Source: Amoebidium appalachense (taxonomy: Eukaryota > Protista > Ichthyosporea). Taken from it: a stretch of 64,000 nt of DNA. A model generated the notes under the pieces. That model had not been told where the DNA came from and did no database searches. It was given only the letters and a program-made list of their open reading frames with translations. Positions 27,101 through 55,241 of this stretch are shown here, one piece after another. Each line of letters opens with the position of its first letter. The stretch's first letter is position 1. Position numbers and translations under genes: made by a program. The DNA lies in NCBI GenBank assembly GCA_963693365.1, contig CAVNZM010000014.1, forward strand, positions 6,944,001 through 7,008,000. Reading direction: 5' to 3'.

Positions 27101-27176
<76 letters not shown>

Positions 27177-27587
27177 CACATACACAAACCGTCGCATACA
27201 CACACACGCGCACGCACGCACACATGTACACACCAAAAAAGTCACTTTCCGGCAGAAGAAAAGGGAGAGATGTATATTTAGCTCCGATATGTGCTGTGTA
27301 TACAGGTACCAGCAGCATACCATGGCGGGCCTTTTCATTAAATGGCCAAAACGTTGTTCAAAGGATGCTCTTGATGTATCCGACCGAAGCAAAAAGAAAG
27401 GAAAAAAAATTGAAAGGGATATTTCTCCGTCGTCTTCCACTTCATTTTGCCGTATGTTGCTTACAAGTATATATATTTGAAAGCTGTTACTGAAGTGTCG
27501 GACTACTATCACACGACACACATGATATCTGCGGGAAGCGCAAGGCGCACACATTGCATTTTTAGGCCGTTACTTGGCCATGGTTCG

Positions 27588-27891
27588 TTTTGGCGCCAAT
27601 TGACCAAATTTCAAAAATCGAAGCATTTTTTTTTTGTTGTCACTGAGAGAAACGAGTGGAAATGTGTCGGCGTTGAAGCTACGAAGCTCGGAGGTTAATA
27701 GCATTTTTACTAGAGGAATACAGTGGTTTAGGTACAAAGAATACAACGAGTAGCTGGCGCAGCTAGAACGGGCAGCACACCACTAAACATTCGAGTGAAT
27801 GGTGGTAACCTGAAGGCATTTCAAGTGTGTCTACGTCTCTTGCGACGTTTGCAGAAGCTGAGCAAACGAAAGTGATGGTGCACGCGGGAAA
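27588..27891. promoter_or_regulatory. Candidate E2F-type sites upstream of NEDD1
   Basis: TTTTGGCGCCAAT at 27588-27600 and CGCGGGAAA at 27883-27891 match TTTSSCGC, about 230-530 bp before the ATG. Motif match only. Confidence 0.35.
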
Positions 27892-28118
27892 TACGATCCG
27901 CTTTGACACGCAAAAGTAATTCCCACATAAATCAGTCAAGTACAACCAAACCTTATCCCGTTTGTGCTACACCAGAGCTCTATACAGAATACGTCCGTGT
28001 GAGAGGCCCCTTGTTGTCGTTGTTTCCCCCCTGGTCGGGTTAAACGGGGCGACAGGAGGGAGGTTGCTATGCGGGCAGGCACACGCCGTGGGGTGCACGT
28101 GTTTGCGTGCCTGCGGCC

Positions 28119-42555
<14,437 letters not shown>

Positions 42556-43083
42556 GCACGTGGATATGTGCACGTGCACACACACATGATGCCATCGAAA
42601 ATTCTAGCACGTTTTGTGTGAGGGCTCGTATCCCACTTTGATAATTTTTTTTTTTGTAATTTTGAAAATTCTGGGGGATTGATGAAAATCTATAGTGGTG
42701 AGAAAATATATAGCTTTTCGAATGTGTAAACGACTGTATATATGTTTTCCGTATGTGTTTTATGGATTGGTTTGTTGGTACACAAGCCGTATGCATACCT
42801 GAGACGGATCTCTCTGTGCCCTGAGAAAACAGCGTAAACCCCATGTCGTATTTATAGTTTATGGAACGTGTGACGACCAGGTGCCAGGGGCACTATTTTA
42901 ATAAAAACTTTGAAACGTAGCTGCTGGCAGCAATTATTGGCTCCCTCAAATGTGATTGGGTGGTTGGTGCTGTGAATGAAGTTCATTGGTCAGACGTCAC
43001 GGTGTGTGGATGTGATTGGCTGAGTATCACTGGTGGCGTTATCCTTGGATGCCTTTATGACTGATTGTGTGCTCGCGCACCGC

Positions 43084-43144
<61 letters not shown>

Positions 43145-43350
43145 AAAAAAGAGGGGAAAAAAAAAAAAAAAAGAGAAAACAAAGAAAATTATCCCCCCCC
43201 TCTCCTCCCTTAAAAGAGGACATAACCCTGGACACTCCACACACACATGCACACACACGGGGTATCCACCCCACGTGTGCATGTGAGTGGTTCGATGACC
43301 CGTGATTGAATACTATCATAATACAGGACCTGGTCCACTTTTGTCTTCAG

Positions 43351-43389
<39 letters not shown>

Positions 43390-44199
43390 CCACCCTCCTT
43401 CCTCCTCTCCCCAACCACTAGCACACATGTACACACACACACACACACACGCACGCATGTATTAACGATCCCTTTCAGTACTGTACCCCACCCACATTGA
43501 ATTATTTCTACCATCGTACTATTGGGTAACCGTGAATGTCATGACCACACTGAGGAACATGAACAGAACCTTGCACGCATATGTGTTATGACATTGTTTA
43601 GACCTGGGCATGGAGGCATGGGGAAGGGTTTAACAGACAGACCAACACCGGAGGACATAAATTCTGTATGTGTCTGTCTCAGGGTCCACCCGAGGGGGGG
43701 GGGGGGGGGTTTCGATCGTATGTGCTTAATCACGGTGAATGAAAAGGTCATTCAGTTTGGGTTGGATGTTTTATTGATTTACCACCATAAATACTTTGAA
43801 TGCACGGCACATCAGGGATTTACAAGAATATTCGAGAACACGCTCCATAAAGTACATATGTACATAAGGATTATACAAAAACATTCGAGGACCATATAGA
43901 GTCTCATACAGGCTACACAAAATGTGCATGTACAGAAAGAGGGTTGCAAACACAAATCAAGGATGTAACCCATTTGTGCCCCATCTCTTATCTATTATAG
44001 TACAAGACGACTGAAAAAGGCAATTCAAAATAGTTCCATAAAAAGATAGTATACACCTTTGCATATCTTCATTCGCTCATGTAATACAACAGAGACGGTC
44101 AGTATACATAGCATGCACACGCCACTGTTCACCAATCATATTATGCATTTTCTTAAATATATACATTTCGGTCATAGCAGTATGTTCTTCGGATTTCTC

Positions 44200-44271
44200 C
44201 CCCCCATGCAACTTAATAAAGTGCTCACTTGGGGGGGCCCATGCAACTTAATAAGGTGCTCACTTGGGGGG
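44200..44271. repeat. Two-copy tandem duplication, ~37 bp
   Basis: CCCATGCAACTTAATAA(A/G)GTGCTCACTTGGGGGG occurs twice. Confidence 0.85.
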
Positions 44272-44579
44272 GTGCGCGTTTACAGACAACACATCTATTT
44301 ATGGCTCCATTCATTGCAATTTACGGGATGATATTAATAAAAGGGAGCCGGATATATGGAGCTACCATAATCCATACAAAACCCATTCCATCACTCCCAA
44401 ACCCTCCTAAAACCCCCAAAACTACCCCGTCCTTTCCTACCACAACATATATCATTTGCCCTGTTGCATTCTAACAATCACTAATACCCATACATCTTCT
44501 TCCTCTCCCCCCCTAGCCCCACTTACCCACCCCACACCACTCCCCCCTCCCCCCCCCCCCCCCCCCCCCTCCCCCCCTC

Positions 44580-44614
<35 letters not shown>

Positions 44615-44847
44615 ACCACCACCACCACCACCACCACCCACCCACCCACCAAAAAACCACCGGCCACCACCACCAGCACCAGTATTAAAAAACCCAGCCA
44701 TAATAAAACCCCCCTCTCCACCTCCTCCCTTCTAGTAGTACCTACCACGACCACTCAGGTTGCCTCCCCGACCCCCCCCTTCCCCTCTGGGTCTGGCCCC
44801 CTACACCCCCCCTCCCTCTACCCCAGTTGGGTGGGCGTGAGGTGAAA

Positions 44848-44955
44848 TTTGCATGCCGTGGAGGGGTATTTGAATTTGCACGCCGTGGAGGGGGGTTTGT
44901 ATTTACATGCCGTGGAGGGGGGGTTTGTATTTACATGCCGTGGAGGGGGGTTTGA
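44848..44955. repeat. ~27-bp tandem repeat in the terminal RdRP exon (PSTACK repeats on the minus strand)
   Basis: Four copies of TT(G/A)CA(T/C)GCCGTGGAGGGG. Confidence 0.85.
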
Positions 44956-45084
44956 ATAGGAGGTGGCAGGGGCGGGGTTGGGGCGAGAATTTGCTCTCCG
45001 GGCATCTCTTTTTATATCGCAGAGAATCGAAGAGACGACCCACGGGAAGGAACGCCAGTGGTACTCGGAGGCACGATCGTAGCA

Positions 45085-45136
<52 letters not shown>

Positions 45137-45787
45137 TGTGTGTGTGCGTGTGTGTGCGTGCGTGCGTGTGCGTGTGTGTGTGGGGTGTGCGTGTGTGTGT
45201 GGGGGGGGGGGGGGGTGCGCGCGCACATGCGTGTGTGCATGTGTGCATGTGGACACATATGCACACGTGCGCATGCAGGGGGTGGGGTTGGGGGGGGGTC
45301 AGAATGTGTTACAGAGTACGAAGAGCACACAACACAATGTAAAGTGCAAAGCACACAAAGAGTATGCATCGTAGGCAGAGCCCATATTCCGGGGAGCCGA
45401 GAGGGTACGGGGTTTGTGTGTGTGTGTTTGTGGGGGGGAGGGGGGGGAGGGAGGAGGGTTGGATAGAGGGAGTTATGGCTGACTGAAGGTTCATTTGTAT
45501 GACATGTAGATTTAGAGGGTATGCATTGATTGATTGGCCTTTGATCTTCGTGTGGAGAACATGTGTTTGTGTGCGCAATTAGGCAGGGAGGGATAGAAAC
45601 AGTGGGGCGGGTTATAATCGCTGTTATTGTAAAAAAACAAAAAAACATGGCCAACCCACCCTGGGAAATGCACATCCATGTGTTACAATATATGCTTTGT
45701 AGGCTCACAACACAGCATGCAAGAGTATCGCACACTCAGACTATGTTCGTTCACACACCACACAAACACACTTTCACTCTTGCTATG

Positions 45788-45824
<37 letters not shown>

Positions 45825-46024
45825 ATGTGTGTGTGTGTGTGCCTGTACGTGTGCGTGTACGTGTGCGTGTGCATGTGCATAAGTGGGTTTATGTGTGTCA
45901 GTTTGTGTCTGTTCATGTCTGCATGAGTGTGAGTATGAGTACCCCTGTGTGTAAGAGTGAGTGTGTGGGCGTGTGTAAGCGCACACGTCAGAGTGTCTGT
46001 AAGCATCTATGCACACATGCATTC

Positions 46025-46071
<47 letters not shown>

Positions 46072-46342
46072 TATATGTGTTTTTTTCTTTTTTTTTTGTA
46101 TAGTGTACGTGTGTAAGTGTAGTGATAGGATGTACTTTAGGTGTGGATGTGTATGTGTCAGCATGCATGGGTATGTGTGTCGGGGGGAGGGGGGGGGGAG
46201 GGGGGGTTGAGAAGGTCGAAAGACTGTTCAGAGGTGAGTGGGCCCCTTTCCCTATTCATTTCCTCAACCCCAAACTTTCCCTCTTCATCCCATACCAACA
46301 CTGCTACCCTTCTCTCCCTCCCCACTCCCCATATCCTCAATT

Positions 46343-46396
<54 letters not shown>

Positions 46397-46442
46397 CCCC
46401 CTCCCCCCCAAAAAAAAGAAAGGAAAAGAAAAAAGAAAAAGA

Positions 46443-46673
46443 AAAAAATGCATTCATTAACTCCCCATCAACCTAATATCCCTTCCCCTCCCTTACCCCC
46501 CTCCCCCCTCCCCACCCCCCCCCCTCTCTCTCTCTCTCCCCCCCCCCCCCCCCCCGCCCTCCCCCCCCCCAATAAAGAAAAGAAAAGAAAAAAGAAAAAA
46601 AGAAAGAAATGCATTCATTTACTCCCCATCAACCTAATATCCCTTCCCCTCTCTTTCCCCCCCCCCCCCCCTC

Positions 46674-46734
<61 letters not shown>

Positions 46735-46810
46735 CCCCCCCAAAAAAAGAGAAGAAAAGAAAAAAATGCATTCATTAACTCCCCATCAACCTAATATCCC
46801 TTCCCCTCTC
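46443..46810. repeat. Three-copy intronic repeat separated by poly-C and A-rich tracts
   Basis: AAATGCATTCATT(A/T)ACTCCCCATCAACCTAATATCCCTTCCCCTC at about 46446, 46607 and 46764. Confidence 0.9.
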
Positions 46811-47073
46811 TTCCCCCCCCCCCCTCCCCTCCCTCCCCCCCCCCCCCCCCCCCCTCCCCCCGTCCCACCACCACCAGCACAAACACAACACACACACACA
46901 CTTACAAGTAAAATAACCAAATAAAGAACTTCAAACACATGAACCCGCTCTCCCAACTCACTTTCTCAAGCATTCCCTCTGCATGTCGACGACGAAGACC
47001 TCTTTGGGCATGAATTAGGCCTCGAGGATGATAACCAGCTGGCGGTTGAGAAAGGCCGGCTTATAGTGCGAGT

Positions 47074-47316
47074 AGGTGATGATCTCGAGCTCACTAATAA
47101 ATTGGTCACTAATTAATTATTATAGGTGTTAGTTCACAAATTAATTAGATATGTGTTACCAGGTCACTAGTTAATTAGATAGATAGGTGTTTGTGGGTGA
47201 TGATCTCAAACTCATTAATTAATTGTTGATCTCGAGCACACTAACAATCAATTAGATAGATGTTAGTAGGTCACTGATCAATTAGATAGGTGGTAGGTGA
47301 TGATCTCAAGCTTACT
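47074..47316. repeat. Degenerate tandem copies of an RdRP acceptor plus exon start
   Basis: GGTGATGATCTC(G/A)A(G/A)CT(C/T)A(C/T)TAA at about 47075, 47196 and 47296, with a partial copy at about 47226; copies are interspersed with AATTAGATAG units. Confidence 0.8.
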
Positions 47317-47556
47317 AAAGGGGTGTGTGCCAATAAATAGAATTACACATAGCAATCTCCTTCTCCCCCTCCTCCCTCCCTCCCTCCCCCCCCCCCCCCC
47401 CTCCCCCCCGCTCTCTCACAACCCCACCCCTTGCTGCCGTCCCCAAAGCAGAAAGAGATACGGGATCTTCAGGATGCACACTAAATGACGTATGAATCAT
47501 GTAGAGAAAATGTGCAGCAAAAAAGCTCATGTGTTGGGTACCAGATACGCACAGGT

Positions 47557-47610
<54 letters not shown>

Positions 47611-49012
47611 TCAAGGGGAAGGAATGGTAGGTGTACGGTGTAGGTGCGTGTAGCATGTGTGTGCGCTATATTGGAAGGGGGGTGGGCGGTGGTGGGGGCG
47701 GGCAGGTCAGGGGGGTGGGGGTTTTCAATTCGTATAGAATAGGAAATTGCAGGAGTGATGCATACATACATTTTGGAAGGGAGAGGAGGGTACGTGTGTG
47801 CATTCTGGAATGCATATTGGCCTTGATGGTGGATGTGTTGAGGAAAGGTCGAACAGTGGGGGCGGGACCGGGGGGGGGGGGGGGGGGGGAGGGGGGGGGG
47901 GGGGGGGGGGTGGGCAAGAACGACAGAGAAAGAGAGAGAGGAGGACGGGGGGTCGGGGATTAGATGCACAGAGGGGAGCAGTGATTCGAGAGGGAGGGAG
48001 AGGGGGAGAAGTGAGAAATAGGCGAGAGGTGGGGGGACGTGGCGGGAGAGAAGGACAAGAGAACTTCGGAGGCCAGGAGGGGGAAGTGGGCGGCCGCCGG
48101 GGTGGGGGGGGGGGGGGGGGGGGGGGGGGGACCGTACGTGTCAGTGGATTCGAACTTGATCATCGATGGGCGCAAGCACACATAAACATTGCCTGCATCA
48201 CCGGGGCTCCTGCCGAGGCATCGGAAAATGGAGGCACAGCACACCCTTTGCACCCCCCAACCTGACCTGGTATGCGCTGGGCATTTGATCCTCTGGTATG
48301 CCTAGGTGTGCGCACAGATGTCTAGACAGTTCGTAGCTGATCTGACCCACCCCGTCACTGAATATGTAGTGGAGATTTTCCGGAACGGTGATGTCGTCTA
48401 TCTTCATCCAATCATTCTGGTTGAGCTGAGAAAGAGAGAGGGAGAAAGGGTGGGAGGGAGGGAGGGAGGGAGGGAGGGAGATGGAGGGAGAGAGGCAGAG
48501 GGAGGGGGGAGGGAGTAGAGAGGGAGGGAGAGCGGGAGGGGAGAGGGGACAGGAGATGGAGGGAGGGGGGAGGGGGGGAAGGGGAGTGGCAGACGAAGAG
48601 GGAGTGGAGAGTGAAAGGAAAAGAGGGGCTGGGGGGAGGGGGGGGGTAGAGAGAGGGAGAGGGTGAAGGAGAGGGAAAGGGTGAGGGTGAGGGAGAGCGG
48701 GAGAGGGGGGGGGGGGGTGTAGAGGGAGGGAAGGGAAGAGAGGGGGAGGGGGATGGTGTGTGTGTGTTCGTGTGTGTGTGTGTGTGTGTATGTGTGTGTG
48801 TTTTTCGGTGGTGGGGGAGGAGGGAGAGGAAGGGGGGGGGGGGGGGGGGGGGGGGGGAGGGAGGTGCATGTGTGTGTATGTATGTGCCCAGGTGCAACAA
48901 AACAAATTCGTTAGTACCAAGGAGATATGCTTTGACCATATATGAGCCTCTGACCATGAATGAAGTGGGTGGGTGGCCATCTGTATGGGAGATGCAAGCA
49001 CGGTGCTTCCAT

Positions 49013-49085
49013 GTGCGCACAGTACTACCGCCACGTGCGCACAGTACTGCCGCCACGTGCGCACAGTACTACCGCCACGTGCGCA
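49013..49085. repeat. 22-bp tandem repeat, three copies
   Basis: GTGCGCACAGTACT(A/G)CCGCCAC repeated three times. Confidence 0.9.
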
Positions 49086-49849
49086 TAGCATTCGGGCCAG
49101 CACACTGTGTGCACACAGACCATCATGTGAGCACAAAAATGTCGTGCAGTACTACGGTCACATGCGTACAGCACAGCACACAGCCACCGGTGTATTTGTC
49201 ATTCAAGTGCGCACAGTGGACAGAGGGTGGATACGTACATTTCCATATTTGGTAGTGCCGCTAAAGCACTGGCCAATCCGTGCCGCACAGCGTGCAGGGG
49301 TGGTGATTGCGTCAAAGTTGCCCATCTGCTTGAGCACGGTGCCGGGATTGTCTGCACAGAACCAGGTGGAGCGCTGGCGCAGCTGGCTGCTGCTGAACCC
49401 AAGGAACTTGTACTCCATCCCGGCTACTTGCAGCCCGTTGCGCAGGATCTAGGAAAGGGGGGTTTAGGAGGATGAAAGAGAGAGGCATATGCACCACGAA
49501 TTCATCACGGATATGCAAGAGGGAGCACAACACAATGAAACATGATGCAGAGGGGGGGAATCATGGTTGTCATCGCATGCCCAGGAGGAAAGAACAGGAT
49601 TTTTGTATAATGCTGGTCAGAGGAAGCTCAAAACAAAGACAGGGGACGGTATTGGAAAGAGCTCAGGAAGATGGGGGGGGGAAGGGGGGGAGGGGGAGGG
49701 GGAGGTGACAAAGGAAAAGATCACAAGCTGAAGGTGCCTTCCTTGCATCCTCCATTGAGGAAAACAGGAAACCTTGCAATTCAGGGGGGGGGGGGGGGGG
49801 GGAGATGCATCGCTCCCGCGGGGAGGGGGTGGAGGGAGGGGGGAGAGGG

Positions 49850-49886
<37 letters not shown>

Positions 49887-51892
49887 TGTACGCCTCTGAA
49901 TCGCTTGCGCACAGCCCTCCGCAACTCAGTGTGCATGGGCCGATCAAAATTTTCATCGGCAAACACTACTCGGATAAACAAATCGGGTTTGTTGGGGTAC
50001 TTTCTCAAGATCCGGTTTGACATTTCCAGCGATGCTTGTCGCACACAGATGCGGGTGGGGGTGACAATGGCTTAACGTACAAGCACGTGGTTGCCAAGAT
50101 GTTCAGGCTGTGTGTGTGTGTGTGTATGTGCGTGTTTGTGTGTGCATGCGCGCGCGTGTGTGGGTGTGTGTGTGTGTGTGTTGGGGGGCGAGGTGGGGTT
50201 AGAGATATGTGAAGGGAAAGTTAACAGTGTCACAAATGCAATAAAGAAGAGATCTACGATCCATCGAGGGTATATATATGAGCCTCATATTAGCCATACA
50301 TACATGGTGAAGTAATCATATGCCCTCTGGCATGCACGACCCACATAGGTCACACATGCGTGCAATGCAATGGTTGCCCATACCCTTGTATGTGTCTTTG
50401 TCACCATATCGACACACCAAAATGTTGTGGAAGTTTCATGTAAACCATGTGATTGGCTAGAGCACAAAATTAAAACGAACCAACAAGCACTCTTAACTGA
50501 ACGGCGGGAATGTTTGGCAAGTTGTTAGTGGGTGGGTGTGTAGATGTGTGGGAAGGCGTGGGGATGGGGTGCTGCTGCATAAAACCTAGCAAAACAGAGA
50601 TGTCAGTGTGTGCTTAAGGGGGAGGGGGCAAAGGTGGAGGAAGGGGGGGGGGGGGGGGGGGGGGAGGGAGAGGGGGGGGGGGGGGGGGGGGACAATACCG
50701 TGAGTCTTGAAGTGGCAGCGACTTTCACGATAGTGTCCTTCTTTGCCAGCGCATCCCGCAGCCTCTGTGAAAACAGTGGCTCTGTGCGCACACTCCTGCT
50801 GAAAGCCACATAGGCCCCTCAAAGCTCTCCAGCACACACAGCCCCGTGTGTGCGTCCACAGAGCCCAGCAGCCCCCACACATCCGAGTCGGGCCACAGCT
50901 CGTGAGCCGCCACCTTGGCCCGGGTCACCAGCAGCTCCAGGGCATACAGCACACGGAACGACAGCTTGTGCTGCGCCCCCACATGCATGCGCTGCTTGCG
51001 CCAGTCCTCGGCTTTCTGTAGATGCATGGGTGGGTGGGGGGGAGAGGGAGGGGGGAGACAGGGGGGGCGGGATGAAGAAAGTGAGGACTGTGATTACGAT
51101 CATGCATCATGACAGATAAACAAGGAAAAAGAGAAGGCAAAGAGAGAACAAAACAGGCACGATACAAACCTATGGAATCACAAGGGGGCTTGCATGCCGC
51201 TACACAGCAGTCGGCTTAGAAACTTTGGTGGTGGCTGTGGTTGCGGTGTGTGTGATAGTGTGACCAACTGAGCATGCACGTGCATGCATCATGTGTGTGA
51301 CTTTCGCACGGGCGCACGCGTGCGCGTGTGTGTGTGTGCGCGTTCATGTATGTGTGATGTTTGTGTGTACATGGACATGTCTAGACATGTTTGCACGGCA
51401 CACTTACCACGTGTTCTACTTGAAACTCCTCTTGCCTCTGTGCCGTACGGTCGAGGGTGTAGCCTGCATCCATTTGCAGCACCCCCAGCTCCCTCAGCAC
51501 GGCATCGATCTGCAGCAGCTGCCGGGGCCCACAGCCCACGTGCAGCCGATGAACTAGGCACTGGCCAATGCTGTTGCTCGACGTGAAGTCTACGTGCCGC
51601 CGCCAGAGCCGTGAGTCCATGTCCCCCGGGGGGGGGGGGGGGGGGGGGGGGGGTGGGGGGGGTGGGGGGGTAGGAGAGGGGGTGAGGTGGGGTGGGGTAG
51701 TTGAGGGAGGAGGAGGTGGGGGGAGGGGGGGAGGGGAGAGTGTGAGGCCTAGTTGACTGGAAGTGCTGGCGAAGTAAAGGGAAATACACTGAGCAAGTCT
51801 TCTATGTGGATGTGGATGTATGTGTGTGGTCTGTGAAAGGTGGAGACCGTTGGGTTATTTTTGATTGATTTTTTATCTGATTTATTATTAAT

Positions 51893-51925
<33 letters not shown>

Positions 51926-52734
51926 GGGGGGGGAAAGGGGGGGAGAGGGGAAGGGGGGAGGGGGGAGGGGGCAGGGGACGTGGGTAGGAACCCAACTACA
52001 CTCGACTCCTTAAAGCTACTCTGATACCTATGCACATATGCACGCACGCACGCACGCACACGCCCACACACACACACAGCCCACTAAGCCAGGAAAATCT
52101 TGCGATTATCCCCTCCCCCCCCCCCCCCACAACCACACCCCTCCCCCTCCAACCCATATAAGGCAAGCGCACCCTGTCTCCTCCACACGTAGCGTGCGCC
52201 GTGCTCCTCCTCCTCCTCCCCCTCCTCCTCGCTGTCCGTGTCGTCCCAGTGCTTGTCTGCTGCTTCCCCTGGATCGTGCTGGCGGTACACCTGTGCACGT
52301 CAGGGTGAGCGCTGTGCACGTGCCCCCTGGGAGACTAGTTCGCGTGTTCTATTGGCTGCCTGGGAACGTGGTGATTGGTCACACAATACCGCCACCAGCC
52401 ATGATCACCGTGGTGCAGAAAGCGGGATGGTAGGAGGAGGGGAAATACTAAACAGTTACTGATTTATTTATTTGGTATTTATCTTTTGGGAGGGCGGGTT
52501 GGGGCGGGGGGAGGGGGGGGGGGGTTGGGCATACGCGGTGGGGTAACACGTGATAAATCACTCAAAGTATTTATTTTTTTAGTATTTATCTTCTGGGAGA
52601 GCAGGTTGGGGCGGGAGGAGGGGGGGGGGGGGGGCATACGCGTGGGGGACACGTGAGATTGATGATGAGCCACGTTCCGGTGGGTGAGTGCTGGTAGATG
52701 ATCTTCTCATTGAGGTCGCAAAGAGAGATCTGTG

Positions 52735-52774
<40 letters not shown>

Positions 52775-52799
52775 GTGTGTGGGTGTGTGTGTGTGTGTG

Positions 52800-52854
<55 letters not shown>

Positions 52855-53143
52855 GGTGTGTGTGTATTTGTGTGTGTGTGTGTGTGAGCATACGTTTGTG
52901 CGTGTGTATGTATAGGTATGTAACCTTGCACGAATGCTCACACTTTGAATACACAGGTGTGTATGTTGGGGACAAATCAAGACGTCAGAATCTCACCCTG
53001 TGCTTCTAGGACGCACTAAAGTGTGCACAAGTATGCAAACTCCCAAGCAACCTCAGGGGTAGGGTTGCATGCCGCGCACACACAAGCGCACGCACGCGCA
53101 CGGGCATAAACACACACACACACACACACGCGCGCGCGCACGC

Positions 53144-53213
<70 letters not shown>

Positions 53214-53383
53214 GCACATGCATAGGTAACCCACCTGGACCTTGTATTATGCCCCCCGGTGGTTGTAGTACCATATACTTTCCATCCTTCCAGAACAATC
53301 TGAACCCAATCACGTGTGATTAGCTGCAACCCCACCCCCTCCCCCCCAGACCGCTCTTTCCCCAACCACCCCCCCTCCCCCTT

Positions 53384-53418
<35 letters not shown>

Positions 53419-54414
53419 AAAAAAGCAACCGGAAAAGAAAGAAAGAAAGAAAGAAAGAAAGAAAAGGGGGGGAAAAAAGAGAGCGGAAAAGAAAAAAGAA
53501 AGACCATGAACGAAAAAGGAGAAACGAAAGAAGAGACAAAGAAAAAAAGGAAGGAGAATAAAACAAGCAGACCAAAATCACCACCCCTTTACCAAACCTG
53601 ACCAATCTATTGAATCATACAAGCAAATACAGTAAGCCGAGCTGCCCGAAAACTAAAAACCCAGCTACATGTTCTATTCTACACTCGTTATCCCGCCACT
53701 TCACTTCGGAAACTCTCCATACAATCCCCCCCCTCCCCCTCCCCCTTCCCCCCCTCCCCCTCCCCCCCCCCCCCAAAAAAAAAAAAAAAAAAAAGAAAGT
53801 AAAAAAAATAAAAAATAAAAAAGAAAGAAAAAAAAAAAGGGGGGGGGGGGGGGGGGGGGGTGGGGGAGGGGGGGAGACTGCCCATATACCCACCCAATGC
53901 TTTTACTCTTTCTACCCGTGTTTCCCCAATCACAACATGCGACATCCACCCCCCTCCCCCCCCCCCCCCCCCCCCCCACACACACACCCATCCACCCATA
54001 CCCACACACACCTACCCATCCACCCTTCCCTCCCAACACACCCCCAACACACACGCGTGCACAACACACACACACACACACGCACACATACACACACACC
54101 TACCCATCCATAACACACCCACCCACACACCCACCCACCCACCCACACACCCACCCACCCACCCACCCAATCACCTTCTCCACCGTCTCCTCCCACTGCA
54201 CCGTCAGCACCCTTGGGCCACTCCACCCCCCCCAGCATGACCGTGCCACCCCCAAACGTCAGCACGGACCCCGCATCGACCTCGTCCAGGTTTGGCTCGT
54301 GTTCGCGGATGTCTACCCGGCTGCACACTAGCGACCCAAACATCAACTGTCTCTGCTCAAACAGCCCTCGAAGTATCTGCGCAAGGGGGGGATGGTGTTT
54401 TTTTTTTTTTTTTT

Positions 54415-54445
<31 letters not shown>

Positions 54446-54873
54446 GGGGGGGATGTCAAAAAAAGAAGAGAATGTAAGACAGAGAGGCAATGTGTTGTAT
54501 ATGCAGGAAGGAGAATACGGACAACCCATCAAATTGCTCCGTTTTAGTTCACCCAAATGAGGCAACAAAGCAAAAAGTTGAGGGAAAAAAGAAAGGGGGC
54601 CAATAATAAGTGGTTAAAAACTTTAAAAAGCAGTCTCCCAACTAGATGTCAAATTTCAGCTTCCACCGACTAACCGATACCATCCACTTTTTCAAGGCCT
54701 TGCTTCAAACCACACAAGCTTCAAGCACACGCACACGCGCATCATGTGACACTAACACAAGCACACACACACACACACGCACACACACGTGCGCGCACAC
54801 ACGCACAAGCACACGCACACGCACACACACACACACACACACATACACACACACACACACACACATACTCACA

Positions 54874-54913
<40 letters not shown>

Positions 54914-55177
54914 GCACACACACACATACACATACACACACACACACGCGCGCGCGCGCGCGCGCACACACACACCTGTGCGCTGTGTGTGGTCATGCTG
55001 ACGTAACCCTCCTGCTTGCTAGCGCCCTCTCTGTCTGTTGCGATGAGCACCTTCATGATGTGCTGGTCCGCATCCTCCAGCCCCCCCTTGCTGCCCAGCT
55101 CCAACCACAGCCGCTCAAGCAGGTGCTTGGCTAGATAGCAATTGGGGAACCCCTTGATAAACACGTCGCAGTAGTGC

Positions 55178-55241
<64 letters not shown>

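Noticed and set aside
42930-43020. Cluster of ATTGG (CCAAT) motifs after the NEDD1 stop
   Set aside because: It lies between convergent 3' ends with no gene start nearby, and 5-mers alone are too weak.
47197-47277. C box (GTGATGA) and D box (CTGA) about 80 nt apart, like a C/D snoRNA
   Set aside because: It is antisense to the host gene, and the C-box match derives from duplicated exon sequence (ATCATCACC = Ile-Ile-Thr).
47015-53249. Genome-wide reassignment of TAA to a sense codon
   Set aside because: The intact gene models contain no internal TAA, and the kinase and RPB8 terminate at TAA.
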